64,000 nt of DNA from Azolla caroliniana (GCA_043228905.1 JBHGNT010000012.1:9176001-9240000), one strand, 5' to 3'. Positions 36,761 to 49,900 are shown, counted from the stretch's first letter. Numbers and translations: made by a program. Notes: generated by a model not told the origin, from the sequence alone.

Positions 36761-39410
36761 TGCAGAAAACCTTCTCTTTCCCTCTTTTTGTGATCTAGGG
36801 TTTATTGGCCTGGCTGACATCGTGGTGCCATGTGTGCTTGAAGTTTCTGCATGCATAAACACCTTTTAATAGTTGTGACTATCTTCTCTTTCTTTTTTTT
36901 TCTTTTCTTTTTAACGGTAAAGTACAATATTACTGTTACATTTTACGGCGTGAAATGAGTACGGGGGCATAGGTCCCAAATAAGGTTTTAATCGGAACCC
37001 ATTCGCTTTTTGCCGAAGTATAACTCTAGCGAGGGCACCCAATTGAAAGGTGCCATTTTCCGCTCCAACTATCCAATACGGCCTTGTCCAGCGGAACCGT
37101 AACTTACCTGGCATTTGACCCATGCGTGTTTGAAAGACTAATACGGCCTTCCCAATTGCATAGCATTTCTCCCGTGTGCCCCGATGTCAATCCACGAATG
37201 CTTTACGCCGTCGCTGCTCTTGCTCAAGTATGGCCATACTATGGACCCGAGCCTCGCCTAATTCGAGAAGTTGTTTTAGTCGTATTTGCTCGGACTTGGC
37301 TTCTGACAGTCGGTCTCGTACTTGAATTCTCAAACTGGGCACCTCGAATTCGATGGGCATTACGGCTTCTAACCCAAATGCTAGCCGGAAAGGTGTGGAC
37401 TGTACGCTAGTTTTGTAACTCGTCCGATATGCCCAGAAGGCGTTGTGCAGCTTGGTATCCCAGTCTATTCTATTCTCATTCACGATCTTTTTCATTATGT
37501 TCTGTAAGCTCTTGTTCATGGACTCCTCTAACCCATTTTTTTGTGGGTAATATGGCGTGCTCTTCTTATGCACTACGGTGTAATGGTGTGTTAGCTCGTA
37601 GATGACCGAATTTGGAAAGTGGCTCCCTTGATCACTAATGAGCTCGATTGGGCAACCAAAATGACACCAAATGTATTTGTAAAGAAATGTTGTCGTGGAT
37701 GTCGCCATATTGTCCCGTAACGCTTTTGCTTCTACCCACTTAGTGTTGTAATCCATGGCTACGAGGATGTACTTATTGCCAGTCCGTGGCATTGCTGGCA
37801 TAAAGGGACCGACAAAATCCAGACCCCACTTCTGGAATGGATCCAGCGGAAGAACCGGTTGGTGCAGCATCCGTGTGAGCTCCATAGGTTGCCCCAACCA
37901 TTGACACATATCACACTCCCTATAGTTTTGATACGTGTCTTTCTAGGTAGTTGGCCTCCATAGGCCTGCTTGCCATATTTTTCGGATCGTAACATCGCCT
38001 GCGTAATGTCCCCCGGCCGTACCACAATGAGCTTCGCACTGAACGACTTTCTTTTCATCCTGGCGTATCCTGCGTCGCCAGATCCCATCGTTGCCCTTGT
38101 GGTAAAGTACTCCTTCGGCCAAGCAAAAGTTACAAATACGGACAGCTAGGCATTTCTTTTCAACTGTCCTTAGCTGCAAACGTGGCAATCCCATGGTCAG
38201 AAAGTACGTCATTTCCACCAGCCAATGATCCGGAAAATTCATTTCTGCCTATGATGCCCTAGTCACAATCCTCAGAATATCAACGTCGGGAAAGTCATAA
38301 TCGTCCCTCACCGCATTATCGCCATTATCCACTCTAAAATCATCTGTGGCATGCTTCGTGCCTGGCCGATGCTGAATTGCGGAATCGAACTCTTGGAGTA
38401 GTAGCATCCATCTGGCCAACTTCCCTATCAGTGCCTGTTTCTCAACTAGATACAGTAACGTCCCGTGATCAACATGAAACGTAAATCTGCGCCCTAGCAA
38501 ATAATGTCGGAATTTGTTGATGCTATATATCATCCCCAAAGCTTCACGCTCGGTTGTGGAGTAGTTCCTCTCGGCAGTTGATAGTTTACGACTGGCGTAA
38601 TAGACCGGTCTAGACCAACTCCGCTCTGTGAGTTGCATTAATGCGTTGCCTATTGCTATATCTGAAGCATCCACAAAGATATGAAAAGGTTTAGTCCAAT
38701 TTGGTGGTTGTACGACCGGTGCTTGGGTTAACATTATCTTGAGTGCATCGTAAGCTTTCTCTTCTATTATTGTCCACTTGAAGGGCGTTCGATGTACGGC
38801 GGTGTGTAATGGGGTTGCAAAATCCGCCAAGTCATGTAATATGCGGCTATGCCAGCGTATTTGACCCAGGAAGCGGCTGAGGGCTTTAACATTAGTTGGA
38901 GTCTTTGCTTCAATGATCGCCGTGATTTTTTTCGAATCCACCGCTATCCTTTCCTTGCTTACGATGTGTCTGAGAAGTGCCCCACTAGTGACGTTGAATG
39001 CACATTTTGTCAAGATTCGAACTCTTGACACGACCATGTTATAATCTACTATTATGAGTTAACCAAGATATCTAGTACTAGTTATGTATGTAATTGGTCC
39101 TTATTATTTTGCTAGCATCATGTGCATAGTTGCTCCCTTGTAGTATTTACACTTGGCACATGCATGCATACCTACATGCTCTATTGTAGATTCACATGCG
39201 TGCAACAAGTATGCATGCCATGTAGTATAAATAGAGGAGTTCACCTTGAAGGAATTCAAGGTGAACAACACCAGTTATGGAGTCTTTCCTTTAGTACTAT
39301 CTTCTTTCTTGTCCATTTGGTTATCTTCTTCGTTGTCTCTTGAGTTTATGATCCGTGACAGTTTGTTCACCTTCCCATCCTCATAGCTCTCCCTCTCATA
39401 AGCCATAGCT

Positions 39411-40427
39411 ATGTCCGACTCAACTAGTGAGTTAGGCCAAATAATGGTAGCCTTACGACAACTACAGCTTGAAAATGAAGCTCTTCGAAATTCTTTACAA
39501 GAACTTCAAGTCGGTACCTCCCTATCCTCACAACCCCCAAACCCTAGTCTCCCACAACAACCTAGCCTAGAGCCCGATCTTCTACCAACATCTAGCCTAG
39601 CTTCGTCACAGTTTCTTGAGCCTAAGGTTAGCCTCCCAGAAAAATTTGATGGAACGAGGTCGCGTTTCCGAGGGTTCATCAACCAAGTTCGACTTATCAT
39701 TCGGCTACAACCTCAACGTTATGGAGATGGTCTTCGACAAGTCGGCCTTGTGGGCACCCTTCTCTCCGGTCCGGCCCAAGCTTGGTTTGCACCATTGGTA
39801 GAAACCTCATCACCTTTATTGGAGGACTTTCCCGCCTTCCTCGCCGAGTTAGAGGCCACATTTGGAGAGACGGACCGACGACGTACAACTCTTAACAAGA
39901 TTTATGCACTCGAACAAGGTTCACGTGCAGCTTCGGTCTATGCTTCCGAATTTCGACAACTAGCATGCGACGTCAATTGGGATGATCAAGCTTTAGCTGA
40001 TAACTTTCGGCGCGGTCTTCGAAGCAATGTCAAGAATCTTCACTTAAACTTTCCGGAGCGCACCTCGTTATCCCAAGCGATTTCACAAGCAGTCCATTGT
40101 GACAATCGTCTTTTCGAATTTCACCAAGAAGAGCGTCGGACTTGGGTTCCACCTCATTCACTTCCACGCCACGCCCCGATCATACAACCCCAAGCATCCT
40201 CACACTCGCCTACTTCGGCAGATGCTCCTGTCCCCATGGAAATTGATCAAGCTCGATTTCAGCCATTGACTGATGCTGAACGACAATTTCGGCGGGCTAA
40301 TGGCTTGTGCATGTATTGTGGCGCCTCCAGTCATGTCGTTCGCCATTGTCCTAGGAGTACTCGCCCACAATTCCATAGAGCTACCGGACCCCAACATCCG
40401 GAAAACGACATCGTTCGGTTGCAGTAG
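39411..40427 (+). CDS. gag: Gag (capsid + CCHC zinc knuckle), intact
   Basis: 338-aa ORF with PEKFDGTRS, LSGPAQAWF, PMEID and CMYCGASSHVVRHC. Confidence 0.93.
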   Translation: MSDSTSELGQIMVALRQLQLENEALRNSLQELQVGTSLSSQPPNPSLPQQPSLEPDLLPTSSLASSQFLEPKVSLPEKFDGTRSRFRGFINQVRLIIRLQPQRYGDGLRQVGLVGTLLSGPAQAWFAPLVETSSPLLEDFPAFLAELEATFGETDRRRTTLNKIYALEQGSRAASVYASEFRQLACDVNWDDQALADNFRRGLRSNVKNLHLNFPERTSLSQAISQAVHCDNRLFEFHQEERRTWVPPHSLPRHAPIIQPQASSHSPTSADAPVPMEIDQARFQPLTDAERQFRRANGLCMYCGASSHVVRHCPRSTRPQFHRATGPQHPENDIVRLQ

Positions 40428-43400
40428 GAGCCATGCAACTGGACATCTCCCGTCGCCCACATTCTCTTGGTTCCATTGCCGGACCATCAGGCAATTTCAC
40501 ATTGGAGGTATGGCTTTCGTTTAACTCTAGTTCCATTCAGTCTGTTGCTTTACTTGATTTTGGGGTATCTTCTTGCTTCATCGACGTCGCGTTTGCCCAA
40601 GCACATGGCGTACCTGTCGTTGGCCTCTCAAAACCCATTCTAGTTGAAGCCATCGACGGGTGCGTCCTCTCGTCAGGTGCAATTACTCAAGCTACAATCC
40701 CATTAAGGCTTCGGGTGGGCTCATACCAAGAGGAGCTCACCTTTTACCTCATCGCATCTCCTCGACATCCGATCATCTTAGGACTAACGTGGTTGGAGGC
40801 GCACAATCCAATAGTGGATTGGTGCAACCGCTCGATCACATTTAGCAAGCCAAGATGCTCGTGCTAAAGTATGAAGGTAAATTCAATTTCCTATCCTTCG
40901 GAGACGGTCGACTCCGAATTGACTACCCCATCATCCGTCCAGGATGGGTTTGTTTGGCGCGCCATTTCTAACACACTCCATGTTATTCCCGAAAAATACC
41001 AACACTTCTCCGACGTATTTGAAAAATGTAATGCTAATCGGTTGCCTGAACACCGGCTCTACGACTGTCTGATTGATCTTCAAGAAGGTGCGTGTCCACC
41101 CTTTGGTCCTCTATATGCGTTGTCTGCACCAGAGTTGAAGGCCCTTCGTGTGTATCTTGATGAGAACCTCGAGAAAGGCTTTATTCAACCTTCTAAGTCA
41201 CCAGCCGAGGCCCCCATTTTATTTGTGAAGAAGAAGGACGGCTCTCTACGCTTATGCGTCGACTACCGAGGTCTCAACAAATTCACTGTGCGCAACCGCT
41301 ATCCGCTACCTCTGATCCCCGAACTCCTTGATCGGCTCCGAGTTGCGCGTGTCTTCTCCAAAGTTGATCTGCGTGGCGCGTACAATCTAGTACGCATCAA
41401 GCTGGGGGATGAATGGAAAACCGCATTTCGAACACGGTATGGGCATTTCGAATACAAGGTAATGCCTTTTGGTCTTACTAACGCTCCCGCCGTTTTTCAA
41501 CATATGATGAACGATATTTTCCGGGAATATCTTGATCTTTTTGTTGTCATTTACCTCGATGATATTCTCATTTTCTCGCCAAACATGGAGGAGCACACTT
41601 GCCAAGTCCGATTAGTTCTGGCCAAACTTCGCGAGCATGGCCTTTATGCCAAAGGCGAGAAATGCGAGTTCGACCGTACCTCGATCGAATTTCTGGGCTA
41701 CATCATCTCGCCCACTGGCATCACCATGGATATGAAGAAGGTCTCTATCATTCAGGCGTGGGCGACTCCAAGGCGACTTAAAGATGTGCAATCCTTCCTC
41801 GGCTTCGCGAATTTTTACCGTCGCTTCATGAAGGGGTTTTCCACCCTAGCACAACCTCTTATCGCTCTCACCCATAAAGGCACTCCATTTTTATGGACCT
41901 CGGAGGCACAAAATGCGTTCGACTCACTCAAACATGCATTCATCACTACCCCGGTGCTGCTACATGCCGACCCCACAAAACCCTTCCAAGTCGAAACCGA
42001 TGCCTCTGACTTTGCCATTGGCGCCATCTTATCCCAAGCAGACGACAACAACCTAATGCACCCAGTGGCTTACTATTCCCGAAAATTTACGGCATCCGAA
42101 ATCAATTATCCCATTTACGACAAGGAGCTTGCTGCTATCATTACTGCCTTTGAAGAATGGCGACCCTACTTGGCCGGCGCACAACATCGTGTCCAGGTAG
42201 TGACTGATCATAAAAATTTAGTTTATTTTTCCACCACTCGTACTTTGAATCGAAGGCAGGCCCGTTAGTCTACATTTCTCGCCGACTACGATTTTGAGAT
42301 CGTATTTCGACCTGGTGGCCAACATGGGAAGGCTGATGCCCTTTCTCGCCGAGCTGACCTTGAACTCCGCCCTGGGGATGTTGCTTATGCTCAACAATCT
42401 AGACGTTTGTTGAAACCCGACCAATTGCATCTGTTTGCCACTTGTATGTTGCAGGATGATTCTTTACTCCAACAAATCACTGATGCATCCAAGACCGATG
42501 TGTTCGCCAACGAGATTCGAGATAGTTTGCAGAACCCCTCCAAGGCGACCAAAAGGAAGGATCTTGACACCTTCACCATACAAGAGGGTTTGTTGTTCCG
42601 AGATCATCTCTTTTATGTCCCAGAGGGCCCATGTCGCACCCGGGTGTTGCGGGAATGCCACGATGACCCACTTGCAGGTCATTTCGGGGTCGCGAAAACC
42701 CTCGAGCTAATCTTTCGGGGGTATTGGTGGCCACAACCATGGAAGCTGGTCAAAGAATACATAAAGAGTTGTGAGGTTTGTGCTCGCTCCAAAGCCATTC
42801 ATCATCGGCCATACGGCTTACTACAGCCGCTTCCATGTCCTCGTCATCCTTGGGCCTCTATCTCTATGGACCTGATAACTGATCTACCCTTGGTCAATAG
42901 CTATGACTCGGTGTTGGTCATTGTCGATCGGTTTACGAAGATGGCTCACTTCACTCCATGCTCCAAAACCATTTCCGGAGAAGGAATGGTGCATCTCCTA
43001 CTCAACAATGTAGTACGCTTGCATGGACTCCCCGATGATGTCATCTCGGATCGCGGACCCCAGTTTGTCTCTCACTTCTGGCAGCGCCTGCTACAAACTT
43101 TAGGCATCTCTGTCAAGTTGTCCTCTGCTTATCACCCCCAAACTGACGGGCAAACGGAGCGTGTCAACCAAATCCTTGAGCAGTATCTTCGGTGCTCGGT
43201 TAGTTACCAACAAGATGATTGGGTCAACTTACTTTCGCTCGCAGAATTCGCCTACAATAATTCTCTCCATGCATCGACTAGCGTCACTCCCTTCTTTGCC
43301 AACTACGGTTTACATCCTCGCTTCAACATTTCCCTTCCTACCACTTCCGTGAACCCTTCGGCGGAGGATCGTGCCCGCATTTTGGAAGAAGTACATCATG

Positions 43401-43984
43401 ATTTATCCTTGGAGCTTAGTCTTGCTAATGAACGATACAAGAAGCAGGCTGATCGCCATCGATCTTCCACTCCACACTTTGTCGTTGGAGACATGGTCTG
43501 GTTGTTACGTCGACACATCTCTACTACTCGTCCATGTGCGAAACTTGATTACAAGAAGTTGGGACCATTCCGTATCATCGAGTGCATCAATCCCGTCGCC
43601 TTCCGGCTCGCCCTTCCATCCCACTTCCGGATTCACGATGTTTTTCATGTCTCCCTCCTCGAACCCCATTATGCTTCACAACTCCCAGGACGTCAAGCCC
43701 CACCACCACCACCTGTGCAATTGACGACAGGGGTGGAATACGAGGTCGACCAAATCCTTGACTCACGTTGGCACCGTCGACACTTGCAATACCTCGTCCT
43801 ATGGCGGGGTTACCCCATGTCTGAGGCCACATGGGAACCATCGGCAAATTTACAAAATGCCCCAGAGGTCGTCCAAGATTTTCATCACCGGTATCCCCAC
43901 AAACCAGCGGCCGATTTGGGAAGGCGGCGGCGTAAGAAGGGGGATAATGTCAAGATTCGAACTCTTGACACGACCATGTTATAA
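40400..43984 (+). pseudogene. pol: Pol (PR-RT-RH-INT-chromodomain), single -1 frame with two nonsense codons
   Basis: ORFs at 40433, 40871 and 42407 share one frame; stops at 40865-40867 and 42266-42268; YLDD, ETDASD, HHCC, GPF and YLVLWRGY..TWEP motifs; protease site reads LDFG. Confidence 0.93.
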
Positions 43985-46900
43985 TCTACTATTATGAGTT
44001 AACCAAGATATCTAGTACTAGTTATGTATGTAATTGGTCCTTATTATTTTGCTAGCATCATGTGCATAGTTGTTCCCTTGTAGTATTTACACTTGGCACA
44101 TGCATGCATACCTACATGCTCTATTGTAGATTCACATGCGTGCAACAAGTATGCATGCCATGTAGTATAAATAGAGGAGTTCACCTTGAAGGAATTCAAG
44201 GTGAACAACACCAGTTATGGAGTCTTTCCTTTAGTACTATCTTCTTTCTTGTCCATTTGGTTATCTTCTTCGTTGTCTCTTGAGTTTATGATCCGTGACA
44301 CATTTGGCCGGATTAAGGCTGAGGCGTGACGTATGACAATGCTCCAAATAGACTCGGAGATGGCCCAAATGTTCGCCTCGTGTTCCATATACCGCGAAAT
44401 CGTCGAGAAAGACTTGCATAAAGGTGGGTATGTACTCCCCAAAAATCTCCGTAATTGTTCGCTAGAACGTGGTAGGCGCCGTCTTTACCCCAAACATCAT
44501 GACCATAGTGACAAAAACACCCCACTCCATGATGAACGTCATCTTCTCTTGGTTGTCAGGGTGCATGCGTACCTGATTGTACCCACTAAAACCATCTAGA
44601 AAACTGTACATGTCATGACCCGCGACCGCGTCTAGTACACTATGTCAAAAGTCGTTCGAGCTTTTCTTGGGAGTGTGGTGTGGGTTACTTCGGTGTCGTA
44701 GTGCCTAGTGCTCGAACTGAAGGGTAAGGGGAACGCATCTGTTATCGTTATGGCGTTAAGCTTACGATAATCCACGCAAATGCGGATTTTACCATTTTTC
44801 TTTGGTACCACGACTATCAAGCTAAGCCACGTGGCCTGCTTCACCGACCGAATAAACCCTGCTTTTAGAAGTTTGTCAATCTCTTCTTTTACACGAACCA
44901 CGTAATTCGGGTTCATCCGATAGCGACACTGTTGCACTGGTTTTGCATCGGTGGACAAGTTGATCTTGTGTTGATGGAATTTTGGATCCAACCCCTGCAT
45001 GTCCTCATGTGACCATGCAAAAACATCCTTATATTCCTTGAGTAGCTCGATCATTGTCGTCTTCTCACTTGGGACCAAGTCCTTCACAATTGAGAGTAGT
45101 CGAGGTTCTGCCGTGGTTCCGATATTGACTTCTTCTAATGACGAAGCTGTGACTCGCCGCGAGATTTCCATTTCTCTCTCAAACGTTGCGCGTGCTCTAC
45201 TTAACTCCATTAGCAACTCTGGGTTTTGTTCGTATTCAGCTTCCTATAGCGTATTAGGTGGGATGTATTCCGCAACGGTTTCTATTACGTCAATTTCGAA
45301 TAATGGAATGATTTGCGGGTGGTCCTCTAGGTACGCCTCAAGATCTGTATCATCTACTCCTTCCATCATATTTATATCTTCTGCGTATAATGGCGTTATG
45401 CCTTTGGTTGGCACCGCCATTTCCTGAGTGGGCACGCGAACTTCGCTTCGGCCTCGCCGGAAGCTGATATAATTATGCTGCCAATTCTGTTTGATGTTGG
45501 CTAAGTGTAGCCAAGGTCTGCCAAGCAATATTGGGTATGCTTCCGGAGCGTCTAGGGTGAGCACTACCGCAGAGATGTCGAAGCGATGGCCGCCAACAAC
45601 AATGCCTAGTTTCTGAATTAACCCTAGGGGTTTGACAGAGCGGGTGTCTGGCATGCGAAGCCAAAAAGGGCATGCTTCCCATTCTGTAATTCCTAGTCAT
45701 GTGCATGTACTCGTACTGATGACATTAACACCGGATCCCCCATCAATGATACATCCCGAGATTTCTTGTCCTTGAAGTACCAACTTAGTGGCTGGATTGT
45801 GAGGATCTACGACTATTGGGCCAATACTAGACGCTGTAAAATTTGCTGAGACATCTACTCCGGTGGTGCCCCTTATGTGAATTTCCACGACCTGCCAGAA
45901 TCGTGGCACTAGTCGGAGGAGCTTTTCCATGGTCATTGTTATCTCACAGTCCGTCGATGCTTGCTATATGGGATTCGGCGAGGATGTATTTTCTTTCATT
46001 GGCAAACTGTCGTCTGTGGACTCGTACTTCATACGCTCCGCGTTTGCCCCATTTGCTTTATCTACTTAGGCCTGGGCTGCCTTGCGTATCTCATCTTGTT
46101 CTGCCCAGTCTGCATTCTTCGCCTGTTGCTGGACTTCTGTCGTGATGGTATTCATAGTTTCCTCCTTTCCCTTTCAACGTGGGCACTACATCGCGTAATG
46201 ACCGGGCTATTGACATATGGAACATAGTACGCTAGATTCGGCTCTTTCCACTTCCGGAGGTGTATTAGTTTCCGTCTATACTACTTGTTTCTCCCGGTTA
46301 TGCTGGAGTCGCCTGTTATTCCGGGGTTGTTGACGGTATTCTTGACAACGGTCGTCCTTTGAACTTTCGTCATAACGGCATTGGTCCTTATGTTGTCGAT
46401 TGTGTCGGTTTGGATGGCCCCCGTTGAATCCTCGACGATTGTTTGTAGGCCGTCGATTGTCATAACGATTACCCCCCCCCCCCCCCCCCCCCCCTGCGAT
46501 TATAACGGTTGGTACTCCGGTATTCTTCCTCTTCCTAATCTTCTTCATCAGAGTACGGGTCGATGTTATGGTTTTTACGATACTGGCGCTCCATTCGCTC
46601 ATTCCGGTCTGTATACCGGGGATGTTCCTCCTGTCGAGATTGATGTTGTGGCTCCATACGCCGTACTACATGTATGGGCCTGTTGAGCATATTATATTCG
46701 CATTGGTCCACCGTGTGTGCCCGTGAATGGCAAATTGGGCAACGTAGTCGCATGTTACATTCGACCGTGGAATGTCTAGAGTTTAAACAGACCATACACT
46801 GAATGGCCTGGCGAAATTGATGTTCCTTGTCCTGAGGCAATGCTTGCCGTAGCGATGCCATGCACAGTCCCTCATCTTCTTCCTCTAATTCGAGCTATAA

Positions 46901-49900
46901 TGCTCGCTCGATGACCATGTCGGCCGTCTCCCCTTTCACACTGTGCGTGTTCAGCGTCGCCCAGAGAAGTTGTCTTAGAGCTGCCAAGAACGTTTCCTTG
47001 GCCTCTTCGTCTTCTGGGGCCCATGTAAGGTTCTGTTGTAGGCTCTGGAAACGTAGACTGAAATCCGCTACGGATTCTGTGGGAAGTTGCTTGATGGTAT
47101 AGAACTGCCCAATTATTTCATGTTGTGGCACCCTCTGATGAAAAAAACACAAGAACGCCGATTGCAGCTGGTTGAAGGTTGTGATTGCTGCCAAATCCAT
47201 CTGGGAATGCTAGCACGCAGTTCGACCGTCCAAACTTAACCCGAACTCAGCGATCTTCGAAGCGTGATCTTCCACGTCTAGAAACCGTTACGCTAGATGA
47301 TTAGCATTCCAAAAATGGAGGAATAGCCGGATGTGGCTAGTAGCGTCTGTTTCTCCGTTTAAGCGGGGGTATGAGAAAGTCATTCTAGACGTTGTGTTGA
47401 CAATCGGCAGGGGAAGACTCCTGCTTTCGTGATGTGGACTATTGTGGCATTTAATCGCACTACCTTGGTCGTGTGGCGACAGGGCTTTGTGGTCGACGTC
47501 ACGCTCATCTGTGAGCGTGGAGTATACTATGTACTCCTGAAAGGAGCAGTTGTGCTCTTCGATCTGGCGAGTGATAAACCTCGTTAGTGGTCGATCTTGT
47601 CGGGTCAACTCTTTGGCTTGTCTACGACTAGTCATCGATACCTTGTTGCTTGTTTGTGTTGAACCACACACCCACCATGCATGCCAAAAGTGTTACCGAT
47701 TAGGAACACTGTCTACTCTCAGTCCTTCGAGGTAGACTTCAAGGTGATTGTGGTGCAAGGAATAGATCCGTAGCTACGAGAGTGTAATAGGCTTACAAAG
47801 CAAAGCATATCATCTGCACGTGAAGGGAGACGGCTACAACTGAATCTCAACAGTGCATGATCTCACATACACACTTACCCTATGCTTACTAGCCCACAAT
47901 TACCAACAGAGTACTACACCGAATCAATAAATGACTTACATAGACACGGGAATTAGAGAAGATAGTACTGTATTACAAAAGGTAGCTCCCTAATTACACG
48001 CTAGTACTATATTACAGAAGGTAGCGCTTTTAGTCCATTATGCTCCTTGTAGGAACCATTACATGCGTTTCTTTAACGCTTCTAATAATATATTCTACTC
48101 GTCTAAGTGTTAGGTCCGCCAGACAACAGTCAAGGACCAATCAATCGGACAGCCGGATGTTGTACACGGAGGCGGATCAACCTCGTGGGCGTGGAGGACG
48201 AGGTGGGTCGGCATGCAATGGAGGCGGCTGGCAAGAGCACAACCGAAGGCACAAAGACAGTGCCGACAGCAGTTTTGGACCCTCCACAAGTAGGGGGAGT
48301 CAAGTCGGAGCCGGAAACCGGTAGTCCAAAACTGACACGGAATGTTGGTACTATGGCAAGAAAGGCCATAGAGAGAACGAGTACTAGAAGAAGCATGCCG
48401 ATTCAGATAAATCCGGATCCGGCAAAACTCGCACTACCTAGAAGGATCAAAAGGATCTAGAACTGGGAAGACCGGAAATGGGCCAACCTTCATCATGAAG
48501 CACAAGGCGAACTCCATGAATAAGATCACTTCTAGATTGGAGGAAGTATGGTATGGTGATTCCAGAGCGACAAACCACATGATGAGCCACGAAGAGTGGT
48601 TCTTGTTTATGGAGAAACCGGAACAACCGGAAATCGTCGAAACTGGAGACAACGCCCCTCACCCGATTGTGTATGTCAAAGAAGTCCCTTTAAGCCATGT
48701 TGGACAAAAGGGAAAGCTGATGAAAGTATTACACGTTCCGACAATCACAAAGAACCTAGTGTCGGTCAGACAAATCGTCGACCAGGGAAGGCAGGTGCGG
48801 TTTACGCACCTCGGGTGCTTCATCGAGGAAGAAGGTCGGATAATCGCGCAAGGGCATAAGGAAGGGAGGATGTTCATCCTCAACACAAATGACGTCAGCA
48901 CCGCCATGTTTTCCAAAGGACAGAAGATTGAATCGGACATCAATCTCTGGCATAAGCAGATCGGCCATGTCAACTACCGGAGGCTTCAAGATCTGCAATT
49001 GAAACCAGTTGTGTTCGGATTGCCGAAGTTTAGTGGCCGGAAGGCCCAAATATGTGAAGCTTGCCAACTCAGGAAGCAACATTGGCTTCCATTCCCCACC
49101 GAATGAAACCAGAGTCGTAACAAGCTCAATCTAATCCATTCGGATGTATGGGGACCGGCATACAATGTTAGTCTTGGAGGGAGTCGGTATTTCGTCTCCT
49201 TGATCAACGACTACATCAAGTGCCCGCATTTCTTCCTCCATAGCAGCACACCAATTTGCGTCTAGTGATGTGCCATGTACTCATTGTATCCGTACCTCTG
49301 GATGGGGTTCTTTTGGCGGATTGAGCGGCGTAACTTTTCATTAGACGGTTTGAGGCCCTTCTTGGTTCGTTCGGACTTCCTTTCTGAAGATCCACCTTCT
49401 TCCTTTCCGGGGTCAGATTCGTTCCAATCCGACCCTTCACTGCCAGTATCGTATTCCGGCATCCTTCTTCTTCCCCTTCTCTTTGCGTGTGAACCGTCTC
49501 CTCGGTTCCTTGCGCAGCGAGAGCATGGCAGAGTTTCCACTATTCGCCAGTTCTTCATCCAACTGGTCATCTCAACTCAGCCGCTCATTCGGTCCACTTA
49601 GCTAGAATGAGATCGGAATCTCATCTAGAGTACCGAATCCTTGATCTTCTTCTTGAACCTCTCCAGGTTCACTAGCCTCATCCTCCAGAATTGGGTCTTC
49701 ATCGGGAGTTGGAGTCAGTAGGGAGTACCATGATGCCGACTCATCAAACTCGACATCTCGACTTACTCGTACCTGTTTCATTCGAGGGTTATAACACTTA
49801 TACCCATTTTGATCATGCAAGTAGTCGACGAGTATGCACTTCTCCGATTTCGGATCTAGCTTCCTCCGCTTATCATCCGGTACATCCACATATGCTATGG

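Larger units (their letters stand above)
39008..44300 (+). mobile_element. Young full-length Tcn1-type chromovirus element F
   Basis: 353-bp LTRs 39008-39360 and 43948-44300 differing at one visible site; TSD CATTT; PPT AAGAAGGGGGATAA; inserted in the RT of element 34235-48128. Confidence 0.98.
34235..48128 (-). mobile_element. Non-chromovirus Ty3/Gypsy element (Athila/Tat/Phygy-like RT) with extra 3' ORF
   Basis: LTRs 34235-~34678 and 47691-48128; TSD GTCGA/GTCAA; PBS TGGCATGCATGGTGGG on minus at 47671-47686; gag with two knuckles, IIDGGSG protease, DGFSGYNQ RT, RH, INT (WGLDFVGPF); no chromodomain. Confidence 0.92.

Noticed and set aside
37943-39007. Tat-type additional (archaeal) RNase H
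   Set aside because: Only one RNase H lies between RT and INT, so the element is not called Tat/Ogre despite the Arg-like PBS.
39122-39343. Identical 73-aa ORFs in both LTRs of F
   Set aside because: Identity follows from LTR duplication; no recognisable motif.
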